Source of the DNA: Octopus bimaculoides | Taxonomy: Eukaryota | Length of the DNA stretch: 64,000 nucleotides | Direction: 5' to 3' | Assembly: GCF_001194135.2 (NCBI RefSeq) | Contig: NC_068994.1 | Coordinates: 26,819,400 to 26,883,399, forward strand | Part shown: positions 50,457 through 63,848 of the stretch, in pieces | Numbering within the stretch: the stretch's first letter is position 1 | Layout: each line of letters starts with the position of its first letter | Made by a program: the position numbers and the translations under genes | The notes under the pieces: generated by a model | Seen by the model: the letters and a program-made list of their open reading frames with translations, nothing else | What the model was told of the DNA's origin: nothing | Databases searched by the model: none

Positions 50457-51671
50457 CAAACAATATATGAGTGTATGCATATATATGTACATGTATGTAT
50501 GTACCTTCATCTACATGTACATATAGATATATAACTGGGTACATGACGTAGCAAAAGAACATGGACAAAATGATAAAGGTACAATAAACAAGCAAGCCAC
50601 ATAGAAACATCTCCTCCATCAGCTGCCACCATTAAAACACCGGCGTTTCGAAGAATTAAGGCAGTACGCATCGTTGGAATGGTTCTTCCCATGAACACAA
50701 GTTAAATTGTTTTCGTGGAGGGTAGTGGCGGACGGAAAACAAGACAGAAAAGCGAAACGGTGAAAAAACAAAGAAGCAAAAGGGCTGTACAGCCAGACGT
50801 GAAGTGTGTATGTATTGAACGCTGTGAAGCACGAACAGGAGGGGCAAAGAAGTACGTGCGAGCTTGGTGAGTCCAAGAACGAAAAGAAATAGCAGCCGGA
50901 CACACGTGACCAAGGCTGTGTAAAAAGAATGAGTAGCAGAGGGAAAAGAAGGGNNNNNNNNNNNNNNNNNNNNNNNNNNNNNNNNNNNNNNNNNNNNNNN
51001 NNNNNNNNNNNNNNNNNNNNNNNNNNNNNNNNNNNNNNNNNNNNNNNNNNNNNNNNNNNNNNNNNNNNNNNNNNNNNNNNNNNNNNNNNNNNNNNNNNNN
51101 NNNNNNNNNNNNNNNNNNNNNNNNNNNNNNNNNNNNNNNNNNNNNNNNNNNNNNNNNNNNNNNNNNNNNNNNNNNNNNNNNNNNNNNNNNNNNNNNNNNN
51201 NNNNNNNNNNNNNNNNNNNNNNNNNNNNNNNNNNNNNNNNNNNNNNNNNNNNNNNNNNNNNNNNNNNNNNNNNNNNNNNNNNNNNNNNNNNNNNNNNNNN
51301 NNNNNNNNNNNNNNNNNNNNNNNNNNNNNNNNNNNNNNNNNNNNNNNNNNNNNNNNNNNNNNNNNNNNNNNNNNNNNNNNNNNNNNNNNNNNNNNNNNNN
51401 NNNNNNNNNNNNNNNNNNNNNNNNNNNNNNNNNNNNNNNNNNNNNNNNNNNNNNNNNNNNNNNNNNNNNNNNNNNNNNNNNNNNNNNNNNNNNNNNNNNN
51501 NNNNNNNNNNNNNNNNNNNNNNNNNNNNNNNNNNNNNNNNNNNNNNNNNNNNNNNNNNNNNNNNNNNNNNNNNNNNNNNNNNNNNNNNNNNNNNNNNNNN
51601 NNNNNNNNNNNNNNNNNNNNNNNNNNNNNNNNNNNNNNNNNNNNNNNNNNNNNNNNNNNNNNNNNNNNNNN

Positions 51672-51895
51672 TATATATATGTATGTGTGTTTGCGTGTCT
51701 ATGTTTGTCCCCCACCATTGCTTGACAACCGATGGTGGTGTGTTTACGTCCCTGTAACTTAGCAGTTCGGCAAAAGAGACCAATAGAATAAGTACTAGGC
51801 TTCCAAAGAATAAGTCCTGGGGTCGATTTGCTCGACTAAAGGCGGTGCTCCAGCATGGCCACAGTCAAATGACTGAAACAAGTAAAAGAGTACAA
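51672..51895 (+). mobile_element. SINE, 3' half (5' half lost in the gap)
   Basis: Close match to 15990-16200. Confidence 0.88.
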
Positions 51896-52149
51896 ATAGA
51901 TAGATAGACAGACAGACAGACAAATAGATAGGTTGGTAAGTAGGTAGACAGGCAGGCAGGCAGGCAGGCAGGTAGGTAGGCAGGCAGGCAGAGAGAATGT
52001 TCAGACTAATTTGACAGTTTGTAAAAAAGGAAAAGAAAATACAATATCCAATCCAAAAATAAAAGTATTGGAAAAAATATCAATTAACTAGTTTATGGCT
52101 GGAAGATAACAGTTGACTCAAAGTAGAAACATTCTGTTTCTAACACTGC

Positions 52150-53000
52150 CTCAAGATAGCTACAAAATCTGGTGCATGCATTTCTCAACATGTTCTTTGT
52201 AAGATCTTCAAACACCTCCTTAATCTTGGCCACCAATTTGGCCTTCGTATTGCAGGCAGAGCAGTCAGTTTCTTTCTCAACCCTGCCCTACACATAGTAA
52301 TCCATGCGATTACAATTGGGGGAACTAAGAGGCCAGAAATTGGGGTAGTGAAGTCATTGAAATTTTCCAACACTTTCTGAAGGTTTGGCAAGAAGCTGAA
52401 TCCTGTTGCTGTACATGGCCTTCTAGCAGCAATCTTCTCCAGCTAGGGTTTGACCATAATCTACAGCAGTTTCACATAGCTGCCTGAATCAAGCTTAAGG
52501 CCCGGTTCAAAGTGTGGGGCAGCACAGTGTCACCCTCACTGGTGACACACGCAAACAACATTACAGTTTAGAGAAACTTTATTTTTATGATACATAGGAC
52601 ATCACATGGATTGTAGGCAAGCCATCTGTTGTTCTGGATGTTGTGCAACTGGTCCTGGAAGAAGTTCTTTTCATCTGAGAAGAATCAGATCATCCTACAG
52701 TTCAACAAGATGCCTCAGCTTGTTCAAGAGTTTCTTTGCCTTTCTTAAGCAATTCTCATTGACCTTGGCTGTCAGAATTTGTCCCTTGTGCCTCTTGTAT
52801 GAGTGGTAGCCAAAGTTTCTCATTCTGAGCCAGTTTCATGATGATGACTCCAACACCCATCTCACTCACCAAAGCCTGGATTCTCTTACTTGGATCATCC
52901 ATCACCTTGTCCTACAGGTGTTGGATGAATTCTGCCATGTGAACACTGTCAGAATGCCTGCTGTGTCCCTTCATACATCTCACAGCTTCATAGTCTCCAC
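52150..53000 (-). mobile_element. decayed maT/DD37D transposase
   Basis: SDEKNFFQDQLHNIQNNRWLAYNP and ENFNDFTTPNFWP...NRMDYYV motifs across frameshifts. Confidence 0.8.
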
Positions 53001-53479
53001 TGTAGCTGTCTATATCATGTCTTACAACCTTTACTGTGTTCACAGAGCATTAAGCTGCAATCATGTCAACATTTTAATATCTGATGCAAATCATTGTGAT
53101 ACATATAACTCTTTTCCAGTATTCAGATGGCTTCCAATCCTCCATGTCAGCTAACTTTTTTTTCAACTACAACTGTAATTTTTATACTATCAAATGCTGT
53201 TGACTGTTCACCAATACATCAAGCTGTTCCTGAAGAGAGAAGACAAAATATTATTAGAGTCAGCCTGAACACTCTGTGTGTGTGTGTGTATACAGAAAAT
53301 TCCCAGAGTTTCTCAAATACATGATCAATGGCAGAGAGAAAACAAATTATAATCTAAAGCATGTGAGTAATATAGATAATATGTTGTTAACATTCAATGA
53401 ACTGTCAGAAATGAAGGTGTAAAGATGGAAGCAGTAAAATAAAACTGGGCATCAAATTGATCCTCTAGAGCCTGTTGTT

Positions 53480-53760
53480 TTATCCTGTTGTGTGCAGACA
53501 GCACAAAACTCTAGCTAACATTAATTTTTAAATGAAAAACATTGCCAAACAAATTAAATCATCCAGTATTCCTCTTGTCCATTACAAAGGGTGAATGGAC
53601 AAGGCATTGTGAAATTGTAGTTAGAAAAAGTAGTCACAGCATCTATATGGCCTATTGCAAAGAGAAAAGGATAAAAACAGCATTTGTAGTATGGAATCAA
53701 CTCCAAGTCCACAAAATGGAAGTAATGAAGAAGAATAATTGAGTGATTAAAAACTAAAAT
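53480..53760 (+). mobile_element. Dong/R4-like fragment
   Basis: Nucleotide similarity to 47840-47960 in reverse complement (cacagcatctatatg...cagcatttgtag.atggaatcaa). Confidence 0.5.
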
Positions 53761-54084
53761 GGCAGCAATTCTCAGCATTTTAATGTTGCAGTTACAACCA
53801 GGGAATACTCATGTCAACAAACCACTACAAATGTTTTGAATAAGTGGAAGTGGAGTGGAACAAAGCTGAAAGAATTCACTGTGACTTAAGTATGTCAAAG
53901 CTGTAAGTCATAGGCAGCTAGAAATAATAACCACACCATTACAAAAATGTTGACTCAGTAATGAAGTGGCTAACAATAAGATAATCTTCTTTATGAAGAT
54001 AACAATAACCCGGAAACAGCTAACAGCAGTGACTTTGCTGTAGATGACAACAATAATTTATGTTTTGATAGATATATATTTAGT

Positions 54085-55140
54085 AAAGCCAGTATGCTCT
54101 GATGGATGTGTAATGTCAGTGTGCATACTTGACAGAGTGTAAGTACCTTGAGAGAAAAGTTAGACCTAAGAAGCATCAGTTGTGGTGTGCAAGAGAGACG
54201 ACTGCACTGGTATGGACATGTGGCAAGAATGGATGAGGACAGCTGTGTGAAAAAGTGCCACACCTAACAGTTGAGGGAACCTGTGGAAGAGGTAGACCCG
54301 GGAAGACCTGGGATGAGGTGGTGAAGCACAACCTTCGTACTTTAGGCCTCACCAAGGCAATGACTAGTGACTGGGACCATTGGAAATATGCAGTACGTGA
54401 GAAGACTCGACAAGCCAAGTGAGAGCATAAGCTGGGACCTCTGCCAGAAGTGTAGCCAGCTCACTTATTCATATTTTTACTTTATTGGACACTAAACTCT
54501 GCTTGTGAAGACCTGTTGAGGCAAGTGAATTTGAAATCTGAAATCGAAATCGAACTGAATCCGATGACTGGCACCCATGCCAACTTCTCCTTCATTGGAC
54601 ACTAAACTTTGCTTGCAAAGACATGTTGGGGCAAGTGAAATCGAAATCGAAATTGAACCATATTCGATGACTGAGACCTGTGCCAGTGGAGCACTAACAG
54701 CACTGTCCAAGCGTGTTCATTGCCAGAGCAGCTGTCTGGCTTCCGTGCTAGTGGCCCGTAAATAGCACCATTTGAGCATAATCATTACCAGCGTCACCTT
54801 CTAGCACTTGTGCTGGTGGCACTTTAGAAAATCATTTGAGCGAGGTCATTGCCAGTGTCGCTGGACTGGCTCCCATGCAGGTGGCATGTAAAAAACAACT
54901 TTTTGTGTGAGGTTGTTGCCAGTACCGTGTGACTGGCTCTCTTGCCAGTGGCACGTAAAAGCACCCACTACACTCTCGGAGTGGTTGGTGTTAGGAAGGG
55001 CATCCAGCTCTAGAAACATTGCCAGTCCCCAGTCAANNNNNNNNNNCCAGCTCTAGAAACATTGCCAGTCCCCAGTCAAATCGTCCAACCCATGCTAGCA
55101 TGGAAAGCGGACGTTAAACGATGAGGATGATGATGATGAA
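54085..55140 (+). mobile_element. RTE LINE 3' portion with 3' UTR and (GAT)n tail
   Basis: Close match to 8405-9352. Confidence 0.9.
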
Positions 55141-55739
55141 ATTAAACATGGGGTCTTCAGGTATCTGTGATATCCTTGAGAAACATATTTCATATTATAG
55201 ATTAATCTTAAAATGAGGAGGTGATGGAAATCTCTTTCTTTTTATTAATGACATTTTCTGTCCCTCTCTTACACACACTCTTCCTCTGATTATAATGGAG
55301 TTGAATAGTTTGGATTTTGATAATCCCTGTGGATAGTTCATAGTAACCATCTCTGATAATAATGTGTTTTTAATATTCAGCTATTATGTTCTTAATTATA
55401 GAGTTTACAAGTACATTCTTTCATAATATGTTTATAATTCATTAAAAATTTTCTTCCAAAATATACCTTGCTAATTATAGGATCTGTCACATCACTTTTG
55501 ATGTTTTATGAACTGAGAATTATGGTACTTATTGATTGGTTTTTAAAGTCTGTCACAACACAATTGTGGCTTTTTATAACTGTTCTCCATTGAAAAGGAC
55601 ACAGTTGTGTTGGACAAAGCATTTTAGTTCTGACTGAACGTGCTTATATAATAAACAACTGCTAGCTACTATTTTAGAATGAGTAACTGTTATTCCAACC
55701 ACAGAGAATGAGTGGAACCTGTGAGCTAACTAATAATGG

Positions 55740-56480
55740 GCTCATAAGTTTACTCTATTCTTTCATATATGTTTAGTTGCTTATGACAGCCCAAGGTGGT
55801 GACAGTATCAGTCCAGGATATCCATTCTCCCCTGCCTCTGGCACATTGTCTCACGTGTAAGAGGACATGGCTGACAGGATCAATATGAGAGAGGCACTGA
55901 CGACACTGAAAGTGACCCTGAACAACAGTCACAGGGGTTTGATGATGATATCTTTACCTCACTTCATGCAGTCTCTTGTGTTTGGTTTCAAACTCCAACC
56001 AGTTAGGAAAGAGACTGCTTAAAATGAGAGACCACTTGAGATGATCATGAAAACAAAGTTTTGGACATCCATGAAGCCTACCTCCAGTCTCAGTCTTGCT
56101 GAAGAGGACCATCTTTGGGAGCTGGTTACCCAGCATCCAAATCCCATGGTCAACTCAGTGGAGAAAATGATGTAGGATGCAGGCCTCAATGCTGTAGATC
56201 CCAGCCCTCAGGGGGATTTTGGTATGTGGCACCTTGTCTTGCCATGATACATGTCTTGCAAGGATACTTTGGAGTGATCTGATACAGAACACTTCCAGAT
56301 TTCTGACCTGGCACCAATAAAAGATCCAGCATTCAGACATGGACAAGAGAGTAGACATACAGACAGCTCGATAAATTAGGCTTTTATACTAGTTCTAAAG
56401 TTGATGCTCCAAATGACTCATTTGCTGAGTCTCCCAAAAAATGCAGAGGCCAAGTTGATCTGAGAGAGTATCCCCTCATC
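55740..56480 (-). mobile_element. RTE (BovB-like) LINE C-terminal fragment, a different family
   Basis: TLLSMSECWIFY..QVRNLEVF...WQDKVPHTKI..RAGI, RM..NQLPKMVLF...G.RLHGCPKLCF.D.LK, and a terminal C..C...IDPVSH zinc-knuckle remnant. Confidence 0.75.
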
Positions 56481-56519
56481 GAGGAGTTCAGTGCTAGGGA
56501 GCCATCTCAGCCTTCTTTT

Positions 56520-56820
56520 ATCATCATCATCATCATCATCTTCGTTTGATGTCCATCTTCCATGCATGCATGGGTAGGATGGTTGACAGGTGCTGGATGG
56601 GTAGAAAAACCTAGGCTTCTGTGTCTGTTTTGGAAGGGATTTTACGGGTGGATGCCCTTCCTAAAACCAACTACTCCACAGAATGGACTCAGTGCTTTTT
56701 ACATGGCACTAGCACAAATGAAGTTAGTTTTGGCATGATTTTTCCAGCTGGATGCCCTTCCAAACACCAACAAAATTACAATGTGGACTGGATGCTTTTA
56801 ACATGGCACCAGCACTGGCA
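56520..56820 (-). mobile_element. diverged RTE 3'-end fragment
   Basis: (GAT)n tail and ggatgcccttcc motifs. Confidence 0.7.
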
Positions 56821-57499
56821 AGTCACAAGTCAAAGAATTATGAGAGGGGCAGGTCATTTGAGGAGGGGAACTTGTGTCAGAGGATGCAAGGTTAGAGTAT
56901 GACAAAGAGACAGAGACAGAAGCAGGTGTCTTGCTACAACAGAGGGGGAATTAGAGGAGGTGATCTAGTATCAAATGGTAAAAGGTCAGAGTGTAACAGG
57001 GAAATAGGGGCAGAAATAGGAGTCTTGCTATAGAGGAAGTACATGGTTACCCAGTGAGTGAGAAAGTGGAAGAGAGAGAGAGAGAAAAGAGATTGAGAGT
57101 GAGAGTGACAGAGAGGTACAAGAAAGAGGCCAGAAACAAGTGTGCTGATGTAAAGGAGATACTTGCTTACCTAGTCAGAGGAAAAACAAGAGAAGAAAAG
57201 AGAGAGAGAGAGTGACCCAAGGGAAATAGAGAGAGAGAGTAGGAAACAGCAAACGTGTAAGAGAGAGCAGAAAAGAAATTGTGTAGTGCTAGGGCATACT
57301 CACAAGTAACAAGAATAAAAGTGTAGAACCTGGTTAGAAAAATAGGTTGTGAGTGTGGGGTGGAGCGATACAGTGAGCAGAGCAGTGTGGGTAAGAAAGG
57401 GGATTGGAAAACAATCATAATTTATAAAGAGGAAATGTGAGGAAGAGAAAGATTTAGTTAGAAGAGGAGTTGTAGTTCAATTTCTTAGGGTAGAGTGAG

Positions 57500-58781
57500 C
57501 GGGACACAACTCTTCTAGCACTCAGTTTCCTGGATGGGTCTTCTCTAGAAACTCATATCTCCAAACACCTCGGTTCACTGTCATTTCCTCCAAGGGCCCC
57601 AACATCCTAAGATTAGTCCTCACCAATTCATCTCATGCCTTTCTGAGTCTCCCTCTTCCACAGGTACCATCCGCTTTCAGCGACAGGCACTTCTGTATAT
57701 AGCTGCCTTCACTCATACACATCACATGTCCAAACAAACACATTCTCCCCTCCTGCATACCACATTTAATCCCTCTTATGCCTAACTTTTCTCTCAATAC
57801 ACTTGTGCTCTATTGGTCATCTACACTGATGTTGCAAATCCTATGGAGCATACTACCTTCATTCTTCTCCAGTGCATGCATGTCCTTCACAGTCAGAGCT
57901 CATGTCTCACTACCATGTAACATAGCCATTCTCACACAAGCATCATACAATCTACTTTTCTGAGAGAGAGTCTCTGAGAGAGAGTCCTTTTGCTGTCAAC
58001 AGNNNNNNNNNNAGAGAGTCTCTGAGAGAGAGTCCTTTTGCTGTCAACAGAGGTAGTAGTTCTCTGAACTTCCTCCACCTTATTCTTATTCTAGAAACAA
58101 TACTTTCAGAGCATACTAATTTGATATCCTAAATAGCAAAAACTATCTACTACCTCAAGAGAGCTTCCTGGGGATTTGAAAGAGTTTAAGTTTCTCATGC
58201 TTTTGGTACTTACTGTTCCTGTGCATTTGCCACACGCGAAAGTGACCTTATCCGATAACCTTCCATAATTCCACTGCATCTCTTATGCATCCATAGCTTA
58301 CACTTGGTGCAGCAAATGGAATTACATCCCACTCTTTTCCTTACATATTGAACAAGGCCATTTGCCAGTTGGAATGAGAGTCTTCACTCCTTTCTTGCTA
58401 ATAACAACTTTAGTCTTAACTAAGTTAACTTTAAGGTCCTTTGATTCCAGGTTTTGCTTCCAAACCCAGAACTTCTTCTCTAATTCTGCTTCAGATTCTG
58501 CAATAAGAGCAAGATCATCAGCATATAGTAGTTCCCATGGGTATCCTGTTTTGAATTCATCTATTATAGCCTGGAGAACTATGATGAATAAGAGTGGACT
58601 AAGAACTGATCCCTGGTGTATTCCATCTGGTATGTTGAATTCATCACTGTATTCAAGCCCAACTCTCACCTTACTAACAGTATCGCTGTACATGGCTTGA
58701 ACCGCTCTAACAAGCCACTCTTCTACTCCTAGCTTCCTTAGAGACCACCAAATAAGAGGGCAGAGAACCCTGTCAAAAGCT
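57500..58781 (-). mobile_element. RTE LINE, RT (from AFDRV) through the C-terminus, with PHD-type finger
   Basis: GIHQGSVLSPLLF, LLYADD, WPCSIC...CTKCKLWMHKRC...CGKC. Confidence 0.9.
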
Positions 58782-59573
58782 GCTGAGGGCTACTGACCAA
58801 ATTTGTAGCTGGTACAAATCCCTTTCTCGATCTAAGTGGTGGTGGACCAGGGCCATTAGAGAAAAGAAACAGACCTGGAAAGACTAGAAGTGTGGTGGTA
58901 GCAGGGAACAGATAGTCAGAATGAAAGCTAGGAGACAGGTATATTTAGTCAGGGGACAAGCAGAAAAAGAAGTTTGCCAGTGTTCTGCAATGTGAGGACC
59001 AGATACTTGAAGTGTTTTGGATTGCAAGACAGTGTGTGAGAGAAAATTGTGCTGTCATAGGAGAGAAATGTGTTTGCATGGATAATGGTGCACTTGCACT
59101 TAATGATTCTGCAAAGAAAGAGGCTTGGAAGTGTCATTATGAAAGGCTGCTGAACATAGAGAATGAATGGGAGGAGGAGAGTCTGCCAAATGTAAGCCCA
59201 ACTGAGGCACCAGCTATATGAATCTGCAGAAGCTTGGTAGATAAAGCAATTAAGGATATGAAGACAGGGAAAGCCCCCAGCCCATCAGGAATCATTGCTG
59301 AGATGCTTAAAATATCTGGTGGAGTAGGATATGGCCTTGTCAGCCGTAGAGTTAATAAGATTGTCCACAAGGGATTCATACCCAACAGTTGGTGTAGTAG
59401 CATTATACTCAACAGCTATAAAGGAAAAGGTGATGCCTTAGACAGAAATAATTACAGAGGCATCAAATTGCTGGGCCAGGTGATGAAAGTCACAGAAAGG
59501 GCCATAGGTCAATTATTTAGGAAGAGAGTAAGTATAGATGAAATGTAGTTCAGATTTGTGCCAGGCAGAAGCA
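58780..59573 (+). mobile_element. RTE LINE segment (APE-RT linker through RT N-terminus), inverted relative to its neighbour
   Basis: LLRATDQIC..., AIREKKQTWKD, KAPSPSGIIAEMLK, YKGKGDALDRNNYRGIKLL, ending at FVPGRS. Confidence 0.88.
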
Positions 59574-59704
59574 TGCCCTGATCTGGAAGAAGCCATGACA
59601 TGGCTACTGTTACTGCTGTATTGCATTTTATTGCACAGTGGCACAAGACAGTAATTAAACTCCACCACACAACACAACAAAATGATGCAACAATGCAACA
59701 CAGT

Positions 59705-61265
59705 CATCATTATCATCATCATCATCATCATCATCATCGCTTAATGTCCTCTTTCCATGCTGACATGGGTTGGACGGTTTGACTGAGGACTGGCAAGCCA
59801 GAAGGCTGCAACAGGCTCAGTCTGATCTGGCAAAATTTCTACAGCTGGATGCACTTCCTAATGCCAACCACTCCATGAGTGTAGTGGATGCTTTTACATG
59901 ACACCGGCATGAGGGCCAGTCAGGCGGATCTGGCAACAACCATACTCGAAAGGTGTTTTTTATATGCTACCTGCATGGGAGCCAGTCCGGCGGCACTGGC
60001 AATGACCAAGTTCGAATGTTGTTTTTCATGTGCCACCGGCACATGTGCCAGTAAGGCGAGACTAGCAATGATCACACTCGAATGGTGCTTTTTACATGCC
60101 ACCGGCATGGGAACCAATCCATGGACCTGGCAACAATCACGCTCGGATGTACTTTCACTTCCCTCAATAGGTCTTCACAAGCAAAGTTTATTGTCCATTA
60201 AAGGAGGGGTACTCATAAGTGGGCTGGTTACACCCCACGTTCGGATGTGCTTTTAATGTTCCACTGGCACAAGTGCCAATCAGGCAGTATTGTCATCGGC
60301 CATGTCAGTGATTTTGATACTGATTTCACTTGCCTCAACAGGTCTTCACAAGCAAAGTTTATTGTCCAATGAATGAGGGGTATTCATAAGTTGGCTGGTT
60401 GCACCCACTGGCATAGGCCATGGGCTATGGTCCCACTTGGCTTGTCGGGTCTTCTCAAGCACAGCATATCTCCAAAGGTCTTGATCACTAATCATTTCCT
60501 CACTAAGGCTCAATGTTCGAAGATCGTGCTTCACCACCTCATCCCAGGTTTTCCTGGATCCACCTCTTCCACAGGTTTCCTCAACTGCTAGGGTGTGACA
60601 CATTTTCACACAGCTGTCCTCATTCATTCGCAACACATGACCATACCAGCACAGTCATCTCTCTTGCACACCACAACTGATGCTTCTTAAATCCAACTTT
60701 TCTCTCAGGTCACTTACACTCTGTCATGTATGCACACTGACATTACACATCCAGCGGAGTATACTGGCTTCATTCCTTGCAAGCTTTTACATGTCCTCAG
60801 CAGTCACAGCCCATGTTTCACTACCATGTAGCATAGCTGTTTGTACACATGCATCATACAGTCTACTTTTTACTCTGGGCAAGAGGTCCTTTGTCACCAG
60901 CAGAGGTAGGAGCTCTCTGAACTTTGCCCAGGTTATTCTTATTCTAGCAGCTACACTTTCAGTGCACCCTCCCCAGCTACTGACTTGGTCACCCAGATAG
61001 CGGAAGCTATCGACTACTTCTAGTTTTTCTCCCTGGAATGAGATAGAAGTTGTTTCCTGTTTGTTTACAGTGTTTATTGCACCTGAACATCTGCCACATA
61101 CAAAAACTAACTTCCCAGTCAGCTTTCCTTTGATATTGCTGCACCTCTTATGTGTCCATAGCTTACACTGAGTGCATCTTATGGAGTTTCTACCTACGTC
61201 TTTTCTACAGATCGACCAGGGCCAGCTACCTGAAGGGATTTGTGGTTTGTCTGCTTCCTACTCTT
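59705..61265 (-). mobile_element. RTE LINE 3' portion (PHD-type finger, thumb, 3' UTR, tail)
   Basis: Reverse complement of 7870-9352, including CTQCKLWTHKRC...CGRC. Confidence 0.9.
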
Positions 61266-61271
61266 TTGTAG

Positions 61272-61535
61272 TTGATAATTTTCTTCCATTATTTTGAAAA
61301 ACTTGAATATTTTGAATACTCCATTTCCACATTTGGTACCTGTAAAAGATTCTTAACAAATGTAAAATTCACATCAGAAGAAGAAATAATGCAGCTAACA
61401 AAATGCAAAGACTCTTGTTGTGGGGTGTGTGAAATAATTGAACAGAGTAATACCAAAAAATTAAAGAATGGGAAAGAATTGAAGGTTAATGCAAGTATGG
61501 ATTGCAAGACAAAGCATCTCAGTTATGCATCATGA
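61272..61535 (+). mobile_element. Penelope-like fragment (Cys-rich region preceding GIY-YIG)
   Basis: KCKDSCCGVCEII...LKVNASMDCKTKHL resembles the PLE C...C..C..I...C.S.N.IY motif. Confidence 0.55.
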
Positions 61536-62329
61536 TTTGTATCATTTTGTTTTTTAAGACTTGTTTTATATAATCAATAATTTTTAATGCAAGGAAATTT
61601 TTCTTCATATATCATCTACTATATAAATGGAACTGTATCTGGTAATGTATGTGTTTAAGCCCTGAAGGTCTCTGAAACAGTGCAACCTTGAGAAAAACGA
61701 ATTTGATTTTTGAAATCTGTCCCAAAGAGAATGTTACCCATAAATAATAATAAAAAATATAATTTACTACGAGAAATAACTCAACTTTTAGATAAAAAAA
61801 AATTCTGTCCCCATCAATCTTTCTATCTCTATATATTTACCTCACTCTCTCTCTCTCTGTATATGTATTAACTCATCATTTCTTTCATTTTGTTTAAAAC
61901 CTCATCTTCTAATGTTATGATACATAGCTATCATGTATATATCCTGTCTTCTGTTTGGGTAAAAAATCTCTGTAATATTTTTTAAAACATTTTGTGGAAT
62001 TAACGAATCACATAATCAGATTCAATGTGAAAACTACATCAGTATACCAAATTTGAAAAGTTTCACTTAATTGTCAATGTCTTTCATTTTTCACTTTTCT
62101 TACAGTAAACTTCCCCTTCTCTCTATACATATATATTTACCACACTCTTTCTCACTCTCTATAAAAGTATAGTACTCATGCCAAGTGTGTGTGTGTATGT
62201 TGCCCATGTGTGTGTGTGTATGTGTGTGCATGTGAGTAAGAAGTTCCATTATAGTGAAAGAGTGGTTTAAAAAGTATATGAAAGATAATTTATTTTAATA
62301 GCATACTTTTCTGTAATATTTTTCTTACA

Positions 62330-62368
<39 letters not shown>

Positions 62369-63363
62369 ACTCACTTGGTGCTGGGTGGGGTGGTTAAAAA
62401 TTTAAATTACAAAACCTTTCTAACTGCTTAAATCCTAACAGTTGACCACCACATCATCATTCCTTAAAATCTGCTTATGGGGAGAGGAAAATATTGAAAA
62501 CCTATAATATTTACAATGTGAAATAATTCAACTTTTATATTAACAGGTATCAGGTGATTGTGGGATGTTCTAGAACCAACAGCCAAATCTCCCTTAAATC
62601 ACCTTTTGTCTTAAAATTATTTTGAAATTGTAAACTGAAACAAATTGCAGATTTNNNNNNNNNNNNNNNNNNNNNNNNNNNNNNNNNNNNNNNNNNNNNN
62701 NNNNNNNNNNNNNNNNNNNNNNNNNNNNNNNNNNNNNNNNNNNNNNNNNNNNNNNNNNNNNNNNNNNNNNNNNNNNNNNNNNNNNNNNNNNNNNNNNNNN
62801 NNNNNNNNATGGGGGATACAGGACTAATAAAGAAATTTTTAAAAATTTTACTATTGTTTATAAATTATGTCTCATTTACTGTTTGAAAATAAAGGAAGTG
62901 GGAATTGTAATGCGGTTTGCCGAATTCCAAAACATTTTTTTTCTACTTTCAAAGATCCTCCCATCATTTCTGAGTGTGTAGTGTCAAAACAAATTGACAA
63001 AACCAGTACTGAGTTGGAGAGTAGGGAAGGGGGTTGAGAAAAAAATCATAAATTTTCCGAAAAATTTTTTTTTTTTTTATCAAAAAGGCATTTCCAATCA
63101 TTTTTAAGTGCACAGAGCAAAAAAGAAAAAAAAAATGTAACAAAACCAATCTAGAAATAAGGAGGGAGATTCATAAATTTCAAAAAATTGTTTTCATAAA
63201 ATGCTTCCCTCTATCATGTGCAAGGTGAAAACAAAAAATTGAAAAACCCCTGTCAAACAGAGAAAACCCTACTTATGTGGGTGTGCAATTCTGAAAGTCC
63301 ATCAAGGTTTACTATTGTGAAAATTAGCTGGCAACAATGGAATACTCAGATAGAATATATACA

Positions 63364-63402
<39 letters not shown>

Positions 63403-63785
63403 TTTTCTCCTTTCTTTTCACTTTTCTCTCTCTCTCTCTTTCACTTCATTCTTTTTTCCCCTCTCAACCCCATTGTGAACCAGATTGTGCCATCATTTTC
63501 AATCATTCTATCTCATTCCCTAGCTTCCCTTTGACCTCAAACTCATCTTATATTTGATATCATATTTTTCTTTGTCTTGCTTCTTGTAATTTTTTTCTTT
63601 TTGATATGTTTATTTTTTGGCATATTCATCTTCATTGTGCACTTCTTTTTCTTTATATGTCTCTGCTTTTTCAAGCATGTGCATTTGCTTCTTGAACCTC
63701 ATGTAATTATGATTTTTGTCACCTCTTTGTTGCATAGTCTTTCTTGTATGTGAATGTGTGTGTATGTATGACCTTGAAGAGGTTT

Positions 63786-63848
63786 TGGGGTCTGACGATA
63801 TGCCATAAAGCTATACCCATTATGGACAGGAAACCCAGGGTAATCCCA
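63786..63848 (+). ncRNA. type I hammerhead ribozyme with intact core
   Basis: TGGGGT-CTGACGA-TATGCCATAA-(11 nt)-TTATGGACAG-GAAA-CCCAGG-GTA-ATCCCA. 6-bp stem I, bulged stem II, stem III ACC/GGT, predicted cleavage after A63842. Confidence 0.75.

Noticed and set aside
50656-51783. Long ORFs of 277-375 aa (also 33673-34200 and 32538-32798)
   Set aside because: They are artefacts of translating N-runs.
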